In this document: positions 12,092 through 24,291 of the stretch, one piece after another | How positions within the stretch are numbered: the first letter of the stretch is position 1 | How the letters are laid out: each line of letters begins with the position of its first letter | Assembly: GCA_964016885.1 (NCBI GenBank) | Contig: OZ024764.1 | Span: 2,666,001-2,730,000, forward strand | DNA: 64,000 nt | Direction of reading: 5' to 3' | Source: Eledone cirrhosa | Lineage: Eukaryota | Notes under the pieces: model-generated | Told to the model about the DNA's origin: nothing | Database searches by the model: none | Seen by the model: the letters and a program-made list of their open reading frames with translations, nothing else | Made by a program: the position numbers and the translations under genes

Positions 12092-14278
12092 GGAGGCGTG
12101 TGGCCTAGTGGTAAGGGTGATGGACTTACGATCATAATGTCGTGGGTTCGATTCCTGGGTTGTGTGTTGTGTTCTTGAACAAGACACTTCATTTCACGTT
12201 GCTCCAGTATACTCAGCTGAAAATGAGTACCAGTAATAGCTGGCCTGCGATGGACTGGTGTCCTGTCCAGAGGGAAGTCTTGTACTCTCAGTCGCTTCAC
12301 GTCATGAAACCAGGATAAGTACCAGTAATAGCTGGGGGTTTAACCCTGTGATGGACTGGTGTCCTGTCCAGAGGGAAGTCTTGTACTCTCAGTCGCTTCA
12401 CGTCATGAAACCAGGATAAGTACCAGTAATAGCTGGGGGTTTAACCCTGTGATGGACTGGTGTCCTGTCCAGAGGGAAGTCTTGTACTCTCAGTCGCTTC
12501 ACGTCATGAAACCAGGATAAGTACCAGTAATAGCTGGGGGTTTAACCCTTTGATAGACTGGTGTCCTGTCCAGGGGGGAGTCTTGTACTCTCAGTCACTT
12601 CACACCATGAAACCAGGATAAGTACCAGTAATAGCTGGGGTTTAACCCTGTGATGGACTGGTGCCCTGTCCAGGGGGAAGTCTTGTACTCTCAGTCGCTT
12701 CACGTCATGAAACCAGGATAAGTACCAGTAATAGCTGGGGGTTTAACCCTTTGATAGACTGGTGTCCTGTCCAGGGGGGAGTCTTGTACTCTCAGTCACT
12801 TCACACCATGAAACCAGGATAAGTACCAGTAATAGCTGGGGTTTAACCCTGTGATGGACTGGTGCCCTGTCCAGGGGGAAGTCTTGTACTCTCAGTCGCT
12901 TCACGTCATGAAACCAGGATAAGTACCAGTAATAGCTGGGGGTTTAACCCTTTGATAGACTGGTGTCCTGTCCAGGGGGGAGTCTTGTACTCTCAGTCAC
13001 TTCACACCATGAAACCAGGATAAGTACCAGTAATAGCTGGGGTTTAACCCTGTGATGGACTGGTGCCCTGTCCAGGGGGAGTCTTGTACTCTCAGTCACT
13101 TCACACCATGTAACCGTGATAAGTACCAGTAATAGCTGGGGGTTTAACCCTTTGATAGACTGGTGTCCTGTCCAGGGGGGAGTCTTGTACTCTCAGTCAC
13201 TTCACACCATGAAACCAGGATAAGTACCAGTAATAGCTTGGGGTTTAACCCTGTGATGGACTGGTGCCCTGTCCAGGGGGAGTCTTGTACTCTCAATCAC
13301 TTCACACCATGTAACCGTGATAAGTATCAGTAATAGCTGGGGGTTTAACCCTGTGATGGACTGGTGCCCTGTCCAGGGGGAAGTCTTGTACTCTCAGTCA
13401 CTTCACACCATGTAACCGTGATAAGTACCAGTAATAGCTGGGGGTTTAACCCTGTGATGGACTGGTGCCCTGTCCAGGGGGAAGTCTTGTACTCTCAGTC
13501 ACTTCACACCATGTAACCGTGATAAGTACTAGTAATAGCTGGGGGTTTAACCCTGTGATGGACTGGTGCCCTGTCCAGGGGGAAGTCTTGTACTCTCAGT
13601 CACTTCACACCATGTAACCGTGATAAATACCAGTAATAGCTGGGGGTTTAACCCTGTGATGGACTGGTGCCCTGTCCAGGGGGAAGTCTCGTACTCTCAG
13701 TCACTTCAGTCCATGAAACCGGGATTAGTACCAGTAATAGCTGGGGGTTTAACCCTGTGATGGACTGGTGCCCTGTCCAGGGGGAAGTCTTGTACTCTCA
13801 GTCACTTCACACCATGTAACCGTGATAAGTACCAGTAATAGCTGGGGGTTTAACCCTGTGATGGACTGGTGCCCTGTCCAGGGGGAAGTCTTGTACTCTC
13901 AGTCGCTTCAGTCCATGAAACCGGGATTAGTACCAGTAATAGCTGGGGGTTTAACCCTGTGATGGACTGGTGTCCTGTCCAGGGGGAAGTCTTGTACTCT
14001 CAGTCACTTCAGTCCATGAAACCGGGATTAGTACCAGTAATAGCTGGGGGTTTAACCCTGTGATGGACTGGTGTCCTGTCCAGGGGGAAGTCTTGTACTC
14101 TCAGTCGCTTCAGTCCATGAAACCGGGATTAGTACCAGTAATAGCTGGGGGTTTAACCCTGTGATGGACTGGTGTCCTGTCCAGGGGGAAGTCTTGTACT
14201 CTCAGTCACTTCAGTCCATGAAACCGGGATAAGTACTGGCCAAATGAGCCTTTTGGCTTAAGACAGACTTTAGACTAT
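12092..14278 (+). mobile_element. tRNA-derived SINE family B with about 101-bp internal unit amplified about 20x
   Basis: Head ggaggcgtgtggcctagtggtaagg...gggttcgattcc, CORE-like segment, array about 12228-14238, tail agactttagact. Confidence 0.85.
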
Positions 14279-14332
14279 AGATATGTGTATATATGTTTGT
14301 GTTTACTTGAACTCCATAACAATATATCATCA

Positions 14333-14866
14333 TTTCATCATTTCATTTTTACGTCCGCTTTTTCCCGGCTTGCAAGGGTGGGACGGGAACTAATTCTGGC
14401 TTGATTTCTACAGCTGGATGCCCTTCCTAACACCAACCTCATTTACAGTGAGTGCTGGGTGCTTTTTTGCCGTGGCACCTCCACAACCACTTTACAGTGT
14501 GGGCTGGGTGCTTTTTTGCTGTGGCCCCTCCACGACCACTTTACAGTGAGTGCTGGGTGCTTTTTTGTCATGGCACCTCCACAACCACTTTACAGTGAGT
14601 GCCGGGTGCTTTTTTGCCGTGGCACCTCCACAACCACTTTACAGTGAGTGCTGGGTGCTTTTTTGTCGTGGCACCTCCACGACCACTTTACAGTGGAATG
14701 ATAGGGACCCCAGTCCTATCATCTCATTTCTACAGCTGAGTAAACTGGAGCAATGTGAAATAAAGTGTCTTGCTCAAGGAAACAACACATCACCCGGTCT
14801 GAGAATTGAACTCACAACCTTTCGATTGCAAGGCCAATGCTCTAACCACTAAGCCATGTGCCTCCA
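14333..14866 (-). mobile_element. SINE family A with 49-bp module repeated about 5x
   Basis: Reverse complement of the 3368 element; tttacagtg recurs every 49 bp from 14442 to 14687. Confidence 0.85.
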
Positions 14867-14899
14867 TATATATACATATATATAAATATATTAACTTAC

Positions 14900-14990
14900 T
14901 TTCAACACCCACATCGCCCACATGGCATTCTGGACAGATTCTGTGATTTTCACAGCATCTAGGATGGCATTTATCACATTCGGGAACCAG
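14900..14990 (-). CDS. GPR143: GPR143-like exon 7 (91 nt)
   Basis: cttcttctag|C TGG...TTG AAA|gtaagt; encodes WFPNVINAILDAVKITESVQNAMWAMWVLK, cf. OA1 CWLSNIINE...TWFIM. Confidence 0.88.
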
Positions 14991-15136
14991 CTAGAAGAAG
15001 AAGAGAAATTAAAATATATAAAAATTTAGTACAATGTACCCCCAGCAATCGGGGTCCCGGTTATTCGCAGAATTTTCCTTAGAACCTAACTATATCTTCC
15101 GCAACGTTTTTATGGGGTTTTTTTCATGAGGAAGGA

Positions 15137-16578
15137 CATGATAGCTGAGACGGAAGTATTTCTAATTGCATTGGAGGACCAGAATCTACCACAAGTACAT
15201 AAAGAAAGCAAGACACTATAAGTAGACGTAGAATATGTGGAGCTAGGGAAGAAACAATCTACCACATAGTCTCTGGATGCCCAGCTCTAGCCAAAAAAAG
15301 ACATAATAGCTGAGACGGAAGTATTTCTAATTGCAGTGTAGGACCAGAATCTACCACAAGTACATAAAAAAAGCAAGACACTATAAGTAGATGTAGAATA
15401 TGTGGAGCTAGGGAAGAAACAATCAACCACATAGTCTCTGGATGCCCAGCTCTAGCCAAAAAAAGACATAATAGCTGAGACGGAAGTATTTCTAATTGCA
15501 GTGTAGGACCAGAATCTACCACAAGTACATAAAAAAAGCAAGACACTATAAGTAGATGTAGAATATGTCTAGCTAGGGAAGAAACAATCAACCACATAGT
15601 CTCTTGATGCCCAGCTCTAGCCAAAAAAGAATATATCCACAGGCGTGATAGAGTTGGGACCTTCATACACTGGAAGTTATGCCACCATTATGAAATACCA
15701 ACAGAAAAAAGATGGTACAAACACACAGCAGAAAAAGTGCCAGAGAATGACAAAGCAACCATTCTCTGGGATGTGCCAATACATACAGACAGAGAGATCA
15801 AAGCTAACCAACCAGGCATTATAGTCAAAGACTAAAAGAAAAGAAAATGCCTTCTAATAGATATATCAATCCCCACAAATGACAATATATCTTCCAAGGA
15901 AAGGGAGAAACTCTCCAAATATAAAGATCTAGAGATAGAAATAACTTGAATGTGGATGATGAAGACAGAAACAATACCTATAATAATAGGTGCTCTAGAA
16001 ATGATAAAAAACACACAGACAGGACTTATATATATATACAACATACAGAAGATAGTACTACTAGGTACTGTATATATATTATATAGAGTACCACAGGACT
16101 TACAAATATATACAACATACAGAAGATAGTACTACTAGGTACTGTATATATATTATATAGAGTACCACAGGACTTACAAATATATATAACATACAGAAGA
16201 TAGCACTACTAGGTACTGTATATACATTATATAGAGTACCCCAGGACTTACAAATATATACAACATACAGAAGATAACACTACTAGGTACTGTATATATA
16301 TTATATAGAGTACCACAGGACTTACAAATATATACAGCATACAGAAGATAGCACTACTAGGTACTGTATATATATTATATAGAGTACCACAGGACTTACA
16401 AATATATACAACATACAGAAGATAGCACTACTAGGTACTGTATATATATATCAATACAATAGAAACATCATCAACATAAACTACACTGCACATAGCCAAG
16501 GTACACAGAGCTGTGCTCGGTAAAGCAGTAATGATGTGCAATAAAAATAATAATGGAAATAATAATAATAATAATAAT
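15137..16578 (+). mobile_element. 3' end of an RLE-type non-LTR retrotransposon (R4/Dong-like), degenerate
   Basis: CCHC knuckle CRICGAREETINHIVSGC, then RLE motifs ILWD..IHTDREIKANQP, CLLIDISIP, EKLSKYKDL. Internal 168-bp and 74-bp tandem arrays, (AAT)n tail. Confidence 0.8.
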
Positions 16579-16581
16579 TAC

Positions 16582-16690
16582 CAGGCAATGAAGACAAACA
16601 TTATCATGGAGAATTTAGCTTGAGCACTGTGAACAAGGACCTGTTCGCGGACAGAGTAACGTCCATGTTGTTGTGTTATTAGAGATTTCA
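16582..16690 (-). CDS. GPR143: GPR143-like exon 6 (109 nt)
   Basis: tctttttcag|TG AAA...GCC TG|gtaatt; encodes (V)KSLITQQHGRYSVREQVLVHSAQAKFSMIMFVFIA(C), cf. OA1 VASLLKGRQGIYTENERR...RFFKIMLVLIIC. Confidence 0.88.
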
Positions 16691-16716
16691 CTGAAAAAGA
16701 TATATGGAAAGATATA

Positions 16717-18010
16717 CCGGTATTTGTTCACAAGTTTACTGTCTAGGAAAAAATAAGACAGTAGTTTTATTTTTGAAGATATATTATCAAACTTGGGTCA
16801 GTTTGTCTTCATGACTTGTTCTTTCAATCTCACTCGATAAACCCGCCATTGGTTTTGATGACGGCCTCAAGGCGGCCTCGGACCCGGCTACAGGCCTTCG
16901 TCACTGTCCCCCGACTTAGGCCCCTAAAGGCACTTGTGATCCTGGCCTTCAGGTCGTCTTTCGTATTGCAGCTAGATCTGTTGGTGTCTCGTTCCACTGC
17001 GCCCCACACAAAGAAGTCGAGGGGTTTGCAGTCAGGCGAGCTGGGAGGCCAGATGTCAGGTGAAGTGTGGTCGACGAAGTTCTCTGACAGCCAGGCTTGG
17101 GTCTTTCGGCTGGTATGGCAGGGCGCTGAGTCTTGCTGCCACACGTATGGCCTACCTGCAGCTACCTGGTCGATTCAGGGCTTTACTACCTCTCTCAGAA
17201 CGTGGATGTAGCCATCGGTGTTCAGCTTGAGGCCCTCAGGGAAGAAGTGAGGTGGCATGACGTCACCTTGACTGCTGACGACACCTAAGACCAATGTTGT
17301 CGCTGGAAACTTTGTCTGTATGACTCTGGACACGTCTTTGGATGAGACAACGAGCCACCTATTGTTCTGGGAGTTGATCTTCTGGGCTTGGCAGAAGTTT
17401 TTCTCGTCGGAGAAAAACTACAGCACGTCTGGCTCCAGTGGGTGTTTCAACTTGTTGATCAGCTTCTTTGCGTGCTTCAATCGCTTTTCTTGCATCGCCT
17501 TTGACAGAAATTGTCCTTTCCTCATCTTGTATGAAACATAGCGAATGTCTTCATGTACCACCAGCCTAATGAGCTTTTCATCCACGCCTGTCTCCCTTGC
17601 AATGGCACGCATCAACTTGCTAGGTTCATTGTTGATGATATCCTGAACTTCAGCGACGAACTCGGGCATTCTGAAGGTGTCAGATCGTCGATCATGTGTT
17701 TTCCTCTCTGATGTTGCTTCGTAGTTGAATCCTGAATCTTCCAAATACTTTCTGACCTTTTCCACCATTCTCCTGCTGACGCTGAGAAAGTCTGAAATTT
17801 CTTTATTTGTCCTCCCGGCGCGGATTCCAAGAAGAACTGTGTCTCTTCCACAAATTTGGAGGTTCAAAATTATTCGTAATCAATTATTCTCAAAATAAAT
17901 AATGGAAATATAGTCACTGTTTTTATGAAGACAAGAGTGACAACGGAAGTAAAAAAAATTTGCATAAAATTAACAGTTGAAAATTGCGAACAAATATCGT
18001 CCGCACCCTG
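16717..18010 (-). mobile_element. Tc1/mariner DNA transposon, DD37D (maT) type, inactivated
   Basis: Single frame 17867->16830 with FFSDEK, QQDSAPCH, WPPSSPDCKPLD (37 residues between the last two D). Two in-frame stops at probable Trp codons. TA-flanked ends with imperfect TIR (CAGGGTGCGGACGATATTTGTTCGCAA / CCGGTATTTGTTCACAA). Confidence 0.88.
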
Positions 18011-18019
18011 TATACATAA

Positions 18020-18183
18020 TAGTTCCACACTGTAAATGTGGTTGGTGTTAGGAAGGGCATCCAGTCGTAGAAAACCTGCCAGACAGTCCTATACGAGCGA
18101 GACACGGTCACCGGACCAACCTTGCCTCAAGTGGGACAACTCCCGTCTAACCCATGCTAGCATGGAAGATGGACGTTAAACGC

Positions 18184-18226
<43 letters not shown>
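18020..18226 (+). mobile_element. RTE LINE 3' tail fragment
   Basis: ggttggtgttaggaagggcatccag...cccatgctagcatggaagatggacgttaaacg(ctgat)(gat)n. Confidence 0.8.
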
Positions 18227-18227
18227 A

Positions 18228-19010
18228 TATCATCATCATCATCATCATCATCGTTTAACGTCCATATTCCACACTTGCATGGGTTTGGACGGGTGTTTTC
18301 CCACTTGAGGCAAGAGTGGTTGTCTTGCTCGCATAGGACTGTCTGGCGGGTTTTCTACAGCTGGATGCCCTTCCTAACACCAACCACGTTTACAGTGTGG
18401 GGCTGGGAGGTTTTTACCGTGTTACCTACACGGCCACATTACAGCGTGGACTGTTTGGCGGGTTTTCTACAGCTGGATGCCCTTCCTAACACCAACCACA
18501 TTTACAGTGTGGAACTGGGAGGTTTTTACCGTGTTACCTACATGGCCACATTACAGCGTGGACTGTGTGGCGGGTTTTCTACAGCTGGATGCTCTTCCTA
18601 ACACCAACCACATTTACAGTGTGGGGCTGGGAGGTTTTTACCGTGTTGCCTACACGGCCACATTACAGCGTGGACTGTCTGGCGGGTTTTCTACGGCTGG
18701 ATGCCCTTCCTAACACCAACCACGTTTACAGTGTGGGGCTGGGAGGTTTTTACCGTGTTGCCTACACGGCCACATTACAGCGTGGACTGTCTGGCGGGTT
18801 TTCTACGGCTGGATGCTCTTCCTAACACCAACCACATTTACAGTGTGGAACTGGGAGGTTTTTACCGTGTTACCTACACGGCCACATTACAGCGTGGACT
18901 GTGTGTGTTTTTTTGTCGTGACACCTACACAACCTCATTTGTTTCGGGCTGGATGTTGTGGTACCAACATAACTTTACATTGAAAGGGGTTGTGTGGATG
19001 GGGTGGGGGG
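18228..19010 (-). mobile_element. RTE LINE 3'UTR with 112-bp unit x5, tail-to-tail with the previous element
   Basis: Reverse complement of the 10881-11815 type; the two tails meet at a (GAT)n/(ATC)n junction. Confidence 0.85.
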
Positions 19011-19090
19011 TATATATATATATATATATACATATATAAATACACACACACGTACCCCCATCCCTAACCACCCCACTCACCTTGACTTAC

Positions 19091-19200
19091 CTTTTTTGGC
19101 GGTGTAGTAGAAGAAGATGGGGTTGCAGACAATGACCAGCAACATCGGTAGGAAATAGGCCAGGTAGTTAACGACCTCGTTTACATTGGGACCTCCACAC
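19091..19200 (-). CDS. GPR143: GPR143-like exon 5 (110 nt)
   Basis: ctattccag|G TGT...AAA G|gtaagt; encodes CGGPNVNEVVNYLAYFLPMLLVIVCNPIFFYYTAKK, cf. OA1 YLPLLLVLVANPILF. Confidence 0.9.
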
Positions 19201-19253
19201 CTGGAATAGGGCAACAACAACAACATTAGCATAGAGTGGTGGAGGGGGAGGGG

Positions 19254-19828
19254 GAGAAGAAGAAGAAGAAGAAGAAAAAGGCAAAGAAGAAGAAAAAGAA
19301 AAAGAAAAAGAAAAAGAAGAAAAGAGGAAAAAGAAGAAGAGGAAAAAGAAGAGGAAAAAGAAGAAGAGGAAAAAGAAGAAGAAGATGAAGAAGAAGAAAA
19401 AGGCAAAGAAGAAGAAAAAGAAAAAGAAAAAGAAAAAGAAAAAGAAGAAAAGAGGAAAAAGAAGAAGAGGAAAAAGTAGAAGAGGAAAAAGAAGAGGAAA
19501 AAGAAGAAGAGGAAAAAGAAGAAGAAGAAGATGAAGAAGAAGAGGAAGAAGAAGAAAAAGGCAAAGAAGAAGAAAAAGAAAAAGAAAAAGAAAAAGAAAA
19601 AGAAGAAAAGAGGAAAAAGAAGAGGAAAAAGAAGAAGATGAAGAAGAAGAGGAAGAAGAAGAAAAAGGCAAAGAAGAAGAAGAAGAAAAAGAAAAAGAAA
19701 AAGAAAAAGAAAAAGAAAAAGAAAAAGAAAAAGAAGAAAAGAGAAAAAAGAAGAAGAAGAAAAAGAAGAAGAGGAAAAAGAAGAAGAAGAAGAAGAAGAA
19801 GAAGAAGAAGAAGAAGAAGAAGAAGAGA
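19254..19828. repeat. polypurine (GAA/GAAAAA)n tract filling most of GPR143 intron 4
   Basis: About 570 bp almost purely A/G on the plus strand. Confidence 0.95.
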
Positions 19829-19836
19829 ATGCTTAC

Positions 19837-19929
19837 TCGTTAAGTGAAGGATAATAAATAGAAAATGCCCCGGCTGCTGCCAGGACTGCTGGGATAACTA
19901 GGTTGAACAGGGGCCACAATATCTTGAGT
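19837..19929 (-). CDS. GPR143: GPR143-like exon 4 (93 nt)
   Basis: ctattccag|A CTC...AAC GA|gtaagc; encodes LKILWPLFNLVIPAVLAAAGAFSIYYPSLN(E), cf. OA1 MLYYPSVSR. Confidence 0.87.
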
Positions 19930-19965
19930 CTGGAATAGAGTAACACAGAGAAATAGATTGTCTAC

Positions 19966-20006
<41 letters not shown>

Positions 20007-20029
20007 TGGTGAACAAAGATAGAATAGAA

Positions 20030-20525
20030 ACACATACAGACTCATACACAAACAGACTCAGACACAAACAGACACACACTCAGACACAAACAGACTCAAA
20101 CACAAACACTCAGACTCAAACACACACAGACTCAGACACGAACACACAGACTCAGACACAAACAGACTCAGACTCAAACACACAGACTCAGACATGAACA
20201 CACACAGACTCAGACACGAACACACACAGACTCAGACACGAACACACACAGACTCAAACACACACAGACTCAGACACAAACACACACAGACTCAGACACA
20301 AACAGACTCAGACACAAACACACATACTCAGACACGAACACACACAAACTCAGACACAAACACACAGACTCAGACATGAACACACACAGACTCAGACATG
20401 AACACACACAGACGCAGACAGACTCAGACACAAACACACAGACTCAGACACAAACAAACTCAGACATAAACACAAACACACAGAAACTCAGACACAAACA
20501 CACACCAAACAGAACACACACACAC
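20030..20525. repeat. CA/CAGACT low-complexity minisatellite
   Basis: Repeated acacagactcagacacaaac-like units. Confidence 0.85.
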
Positions 20526-20534
20526 TAGTGAACA

Positions 20535-21252
20535 AAGATAGTTGAGAGAGAAACTGTGTATAAGAGGGATAAGTTGTGGTGTGTGGGAGAGAAGACTGAG
20601 ATGATATGGATATGTGATGTGTTGAGAGAGAAACTGTGTATAAGAGGGATAAGTTGTGATGTGTGGGAGAGAAGACTGAGATGGTATGGACATGTGATGT
20701 GTTGAGAGAGAAACTGTGTATAAGAGGGATAAGTTGTAGTGTGTGGGAGAGATAAGACTGAGATGGTATGGACATGTGATGTGTTGAGAGAGAAATGTGT
20801 ATAAGAGGGATAAGTTGTAGTGTGTGGGAGAGAAGACTGAGATGGTATGGACATGTGATGTGTTGAGAGAGAAACTGTGTATAAGAGGGATAAGTTGTGG
20901 TGTGTGGGAGAGAAGACTGAGATGGTATGGACATGTGATGAGTTGAGTTAGAAACTGTGTATAAGACGGATAAACTGTAGTGTGAGGGAGAGAAGACTGA
21001 GATGGTATGGACATGTGATGCGCATGGAGGATGACCGCTGGGTAAAGAAGTGCCAAGAAATCCCAGTAGAAGGAAGACGCAGTAGAGGTAGACCACGGAA
21101 GACATGGGTGGAGGTGGTGAGAGCTGACCTCAGATTGTTGAAGCTCACGGTGGAGATGACAAAGGATCATGATGAATGGAGAGATGCTGTGCTGAATAGG
21201 ACTCATCCCACCCTTGCAAATAGGGAAAAGCAGACGTAAAATGATGATGATG
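20535..21252 (+). mobile_element. RTE LINE 3' end whose 5' edge is an about 80-bp tandem array (x6)
   Basis: ORF end RERRLRWYGHVMRM...GRPRKTW. gttgagagag recurs at 20541/20621/20701. Tail cccacccttgcaaatagggaaaagcagacgtaaaatgatgat. Confidence 0.85.
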
Positions 21253-21312
21253 TATGTCAATGTATGTTCGTGAATATATGTATATCATTATGATTGTCAT
21301 CAGAAAACCTAC

Positions 21313-21401
21313 CTGGGTTTGTTATGTGTGGCCAGTAAGATGTCCAAGGCATATGTAAAGTTCCACATGTAGGAACTGATGCAGTGGAACTCTATCCACA
21401 C
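21313..21401 (-). CDS. GPR143: GPR143-like exon 3 (89 nt)
   Basis: ccgtccag|GTG...CCC AG|gtaggt; encodes VWIEFHCISSYMWNFTYALDILLATHNKP(R), cf. OA1 TM3 [22 protein letters not shown]. Confidence 0.88.
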
Positions 21402-21566
21402 CTGGACGGAAAGAAATGGTAGACAATATAAATATATAAACATAAATATGTTAACACCTTTCTTACTGTAATTCTAATGAAAGACACTGTCCTTTCTCCC
21501 TTTCTCTGTTACTCTCTCTCTCTCCCTCTCTCTCTCTCTCTCTGTCTTTGTCTCTCTCTGTGTCTT

Positions 21567-21601
<35 letters not shown>

Positions 21602-21694
21602 TTGTCTCTCTGTCTCTCTCTCTCTGTCTTTGACTCTTTCTCTCTCTCTGTCTCTGCCTGTCTTTGTCTCTCTCTCTCTCTGTCTATATATATA

Positions 21695-21912
21695 TCGACA
21701 GTCGATCGATTTTCATCAAATCGGACCGAGGAAGCAATGTTTCCATCGGTCTTTCCAATTACTAATACTATCTATCGGTCAAAGGTAGAAGGAGCAACGT
21801 GAGATAAAGTGTCTTGCCCAAGGACATAACGCATCACCCTGTCCAGGAATCGAACTCACAACCTCACAATTGCGAATCCAATTCTCTAACCACTCAGCCA
21901 GGTGCCTTCACC
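21695..21912 (-). mobile_element. tRNA-derived CORE-like SINE with a different tail
   Basis: Minus strand: tggctgagtggttagag...gagttcgattcc...ccttgggcaagacacttta. Confidence 0.7.
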
Positions 21913-22189
21913 GTATAATAATATATCTCTCTCTATATATAATAGGATAAAGATCCGCTAACTTCTTGTGGAGTCGTATAGGCACTGTCATACGGTGTGT
22001 CTAGGGCACGTTTAAACCTGGCAGGGCCCAACCCTCTCCAGGTCTGAACACAGCCGATTTTTATTCTATAGAGGAATTATCAATCCCAGAACAGGACTGG
22101 TACTTATAAATAGTAGAGATTTGAAAAACAGCTAGTAAATAGTGCTTACACCATATAAGTAAAATAAGTCTATCCCTACCATTACACCA

Positions 22190-22440
22190 ATATTTAATTC
22201 TGAAGAGGTCACAGAGTGTGTGACGAAAGAACTATGACAATATATAAACAACTATCTGGTTGTGGAACCAACCAACCAACCAGAAATTTATAAATTTATA
22301 AATTTATTATAATAAATTGAAGTGAAAGCAACTGGTGCGTGTGTTTCTTATTGGCAACATGACCCTCCCAAAGTATAACAATATCGGTTTCAACACACGA
22401 TTTCAGATAAAGAATCTTGCTAAACAAATTAGGAAACGAA
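22190..22440 (+). mobile_element. Penelope-like terminal fragment (HHR-like motif followed by a putative ORF start)
   Basis: CTGAAGA GGTCACA..TGTGAC GAAA, then ATGACCCTCCCAAAG (MTLPKYNNIGFNTRF). Related pieces at 11885-12020 and 25090-25212. Confidence 0.45.
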
Positions 22441-22775
22441 ATATATATATATATATATTGTAAAAATATTGATGCAATTCAATTCAAGAGCTCAAAGTGT
22501 ATTTTCCACATAGGAGTGACAGAGTATTTTTAGAATAAGGAAATACAAAGTTTAGTTGATAAAGTCTCTTGTTGTGATACATATTTCGAGGGCGACATTA
22601 TTTATGCAATTCAGCATAGAAGCTAGTTCCATGCTCCCATCAGACAGCTTCTTACATAATAAAGTTACAATCTAGCAGGTAATCCAAAATTGAAGTGACA
22701 AGGGAACAGACAAACAGCGATGTTTGTTAATCAAATGACCGTTCCCCCATCTAAACTTTGTATTTCCTTATTCTA

Positions 22776-23113
22776 TCATCATCATTTCATTTTACGTCCG
22801 CTTTTTCCCTGCTTGCAAGGGTGGGACAGGAACTGATTCTGGCTTGATGTCTACAGCTGGATGCCCTGCCTAACACCAACCTCATTTACAGTGAGTGCTG
22901 GGTGCTTTTTTTCCGTGACACCTCCACGACCACTTTGTAGTGGAATGATAGGGACCCCAGTCCCTATCATCTCATTTCTACAGCTGAGTAAACTGGAGCA
23001 ATGTGAAATAAAGTGTCTTGCTCAAGGAAACAACACATCACCCGGTCTGAGAATTGAACTCACAACCTTTCGATTGCAAGGCCAATGCTCTAACCACTAT
23101 GCCATGTGCCTCC
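22776..23113 (-). mobile_element. SINE family A
   Basis: Reverse complement of the 3368-3695 element. Confidence 0.85.
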
Positions 23114-23342
23114 ATGTGCCTCCATATATATAAAGAAAGTATACGTCTACGTACCATTAGGTGTATGCGCGTACTCAAGTGTGTGTATGTTTATGTTCTG
23201 GATATTTATTTATACTTTTGTATGTATATATTTTTTTATATTTTTTCCCCTATTTCCTTTCCGCCCGTTATTTTCAGCCTCACTTTCATATTTCCTAAAT
23301 TTTGTTTTCAAATCCATATTTAATAAAAACACCATGTTTTTT

Positions 23343-23410
23343 TTATTCGTTCTGACGACTGAAGACAGACACAACATCTGCCTTCAAGAAACCACTGGTA
23401 AATGAAATAA
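23343..23410 (+). ncRNA. type I minimal hammerhead ribozyme motif
   Basis: TTATTCGTT CTGACGA CTGAAGACAGA-loop-TCTGCCTTCAA GAAA CCACTGG TA AATGAAATAA. Downstream flank is homologous to 1095-1190. Confidence 0.72.
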
Positions 23411-23499
23411 TTATCTTATGTTGTTTATTACATAACTAATAAACTCTGTAGCCTACACAGAGCACTCTTTTTTCCTGTATTTTTCCGACGGAAATACTT

Positions 23500-23546
<47 letters not shown>

Positions 23547-23572
23547 GCTCTAACCACTTAGCCATGTGCTCC

Positions 23573-23627
<55 letters not shown>

Positions 23628-23628
<1 letters not shown>

Positions 23629-23965
23629 GGAGCACATGGCTAAGTGGTTAGAGCATTGGCCTTGCAATCGAAAGGCTGTGAGTTCAATTCTCAAACCGGG
23701 TGATGTGTTGTTTCCTTGAGCAAGTCACTTTATTTCACATTGCTCCAGTTTACTCAGCTGTAGAAATGAGATGATAGGGACTGGGGTCCCTATCATTCCA
23801 CTGCAAAGTGGTCGTGGAGGTGCCACGGTAAAAAAGTACCCAGCACTCACTGTAAATGAGGTTGGTGTTAGGAAGGGCATCCAGCTGTAGAAATCAAGCC
23901 AGAATCAGTTCCCGTCCCACCCTTGCAAGCAGGGAAAAGTGGACGTAAAATGAAATGATGAAATG
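23628..23965 (+). mobile_element. SINE family A
   Basis: Same head, CORE-like body and tail as 3368-3695. Confidence 0.85.
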
Positions 23966-24039
23966 ATGGTGATATATGTGTTATGCCTTTCCAAAGGAAA
24001 GGCAAAGGAAAAAAGAGTGCTCTATGTATAGAACAGAGC

Positions 24040-24272
24040 TATTTAATTAGAAAGTGAACAACACAATATATAACTAATCCATTACCAAAGGTTTCAGGAT
24101 CCCAGACAATATTAATATATGTCTAGATCGTTCATCAGAGAGAGATGTTATCAGATAACAGATAACATCTCTCTCTGATGAACGATCCAGACATATATTA
24201 ATATTGTCTGGGATCCTGAAACCTTTGGTAATGGAGTAGATATATTGTGTTGTTCACTTTCTAATTAAATAT
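24040..24272. mobile_element. Penelope-like palindrome with a hammerhead motif in each arm
   Basis: Inverted arms centred at about 24156. Plus strand: CTGATGA(24175) ACGATCCAGACA..TGTCTGGGATCCT GAAA CCTTTGG TA ATGGAG. Confidence 0.7.
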
Positions 24273-24291
24273 ATATATATATAGAGAGAGA

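Noticed and set aside
7827-14238. Regularly spaced repeats resembling a CRISPR array
   Set aside because: No unique spacers and no cas genes; eukaryotic context; units map to LINE/SINE segments.
19638-19847. Lys/Arg-rich protamine-like ORF
   Set aside because: Translation of the intronic GAA tract, antisense to GPR143.
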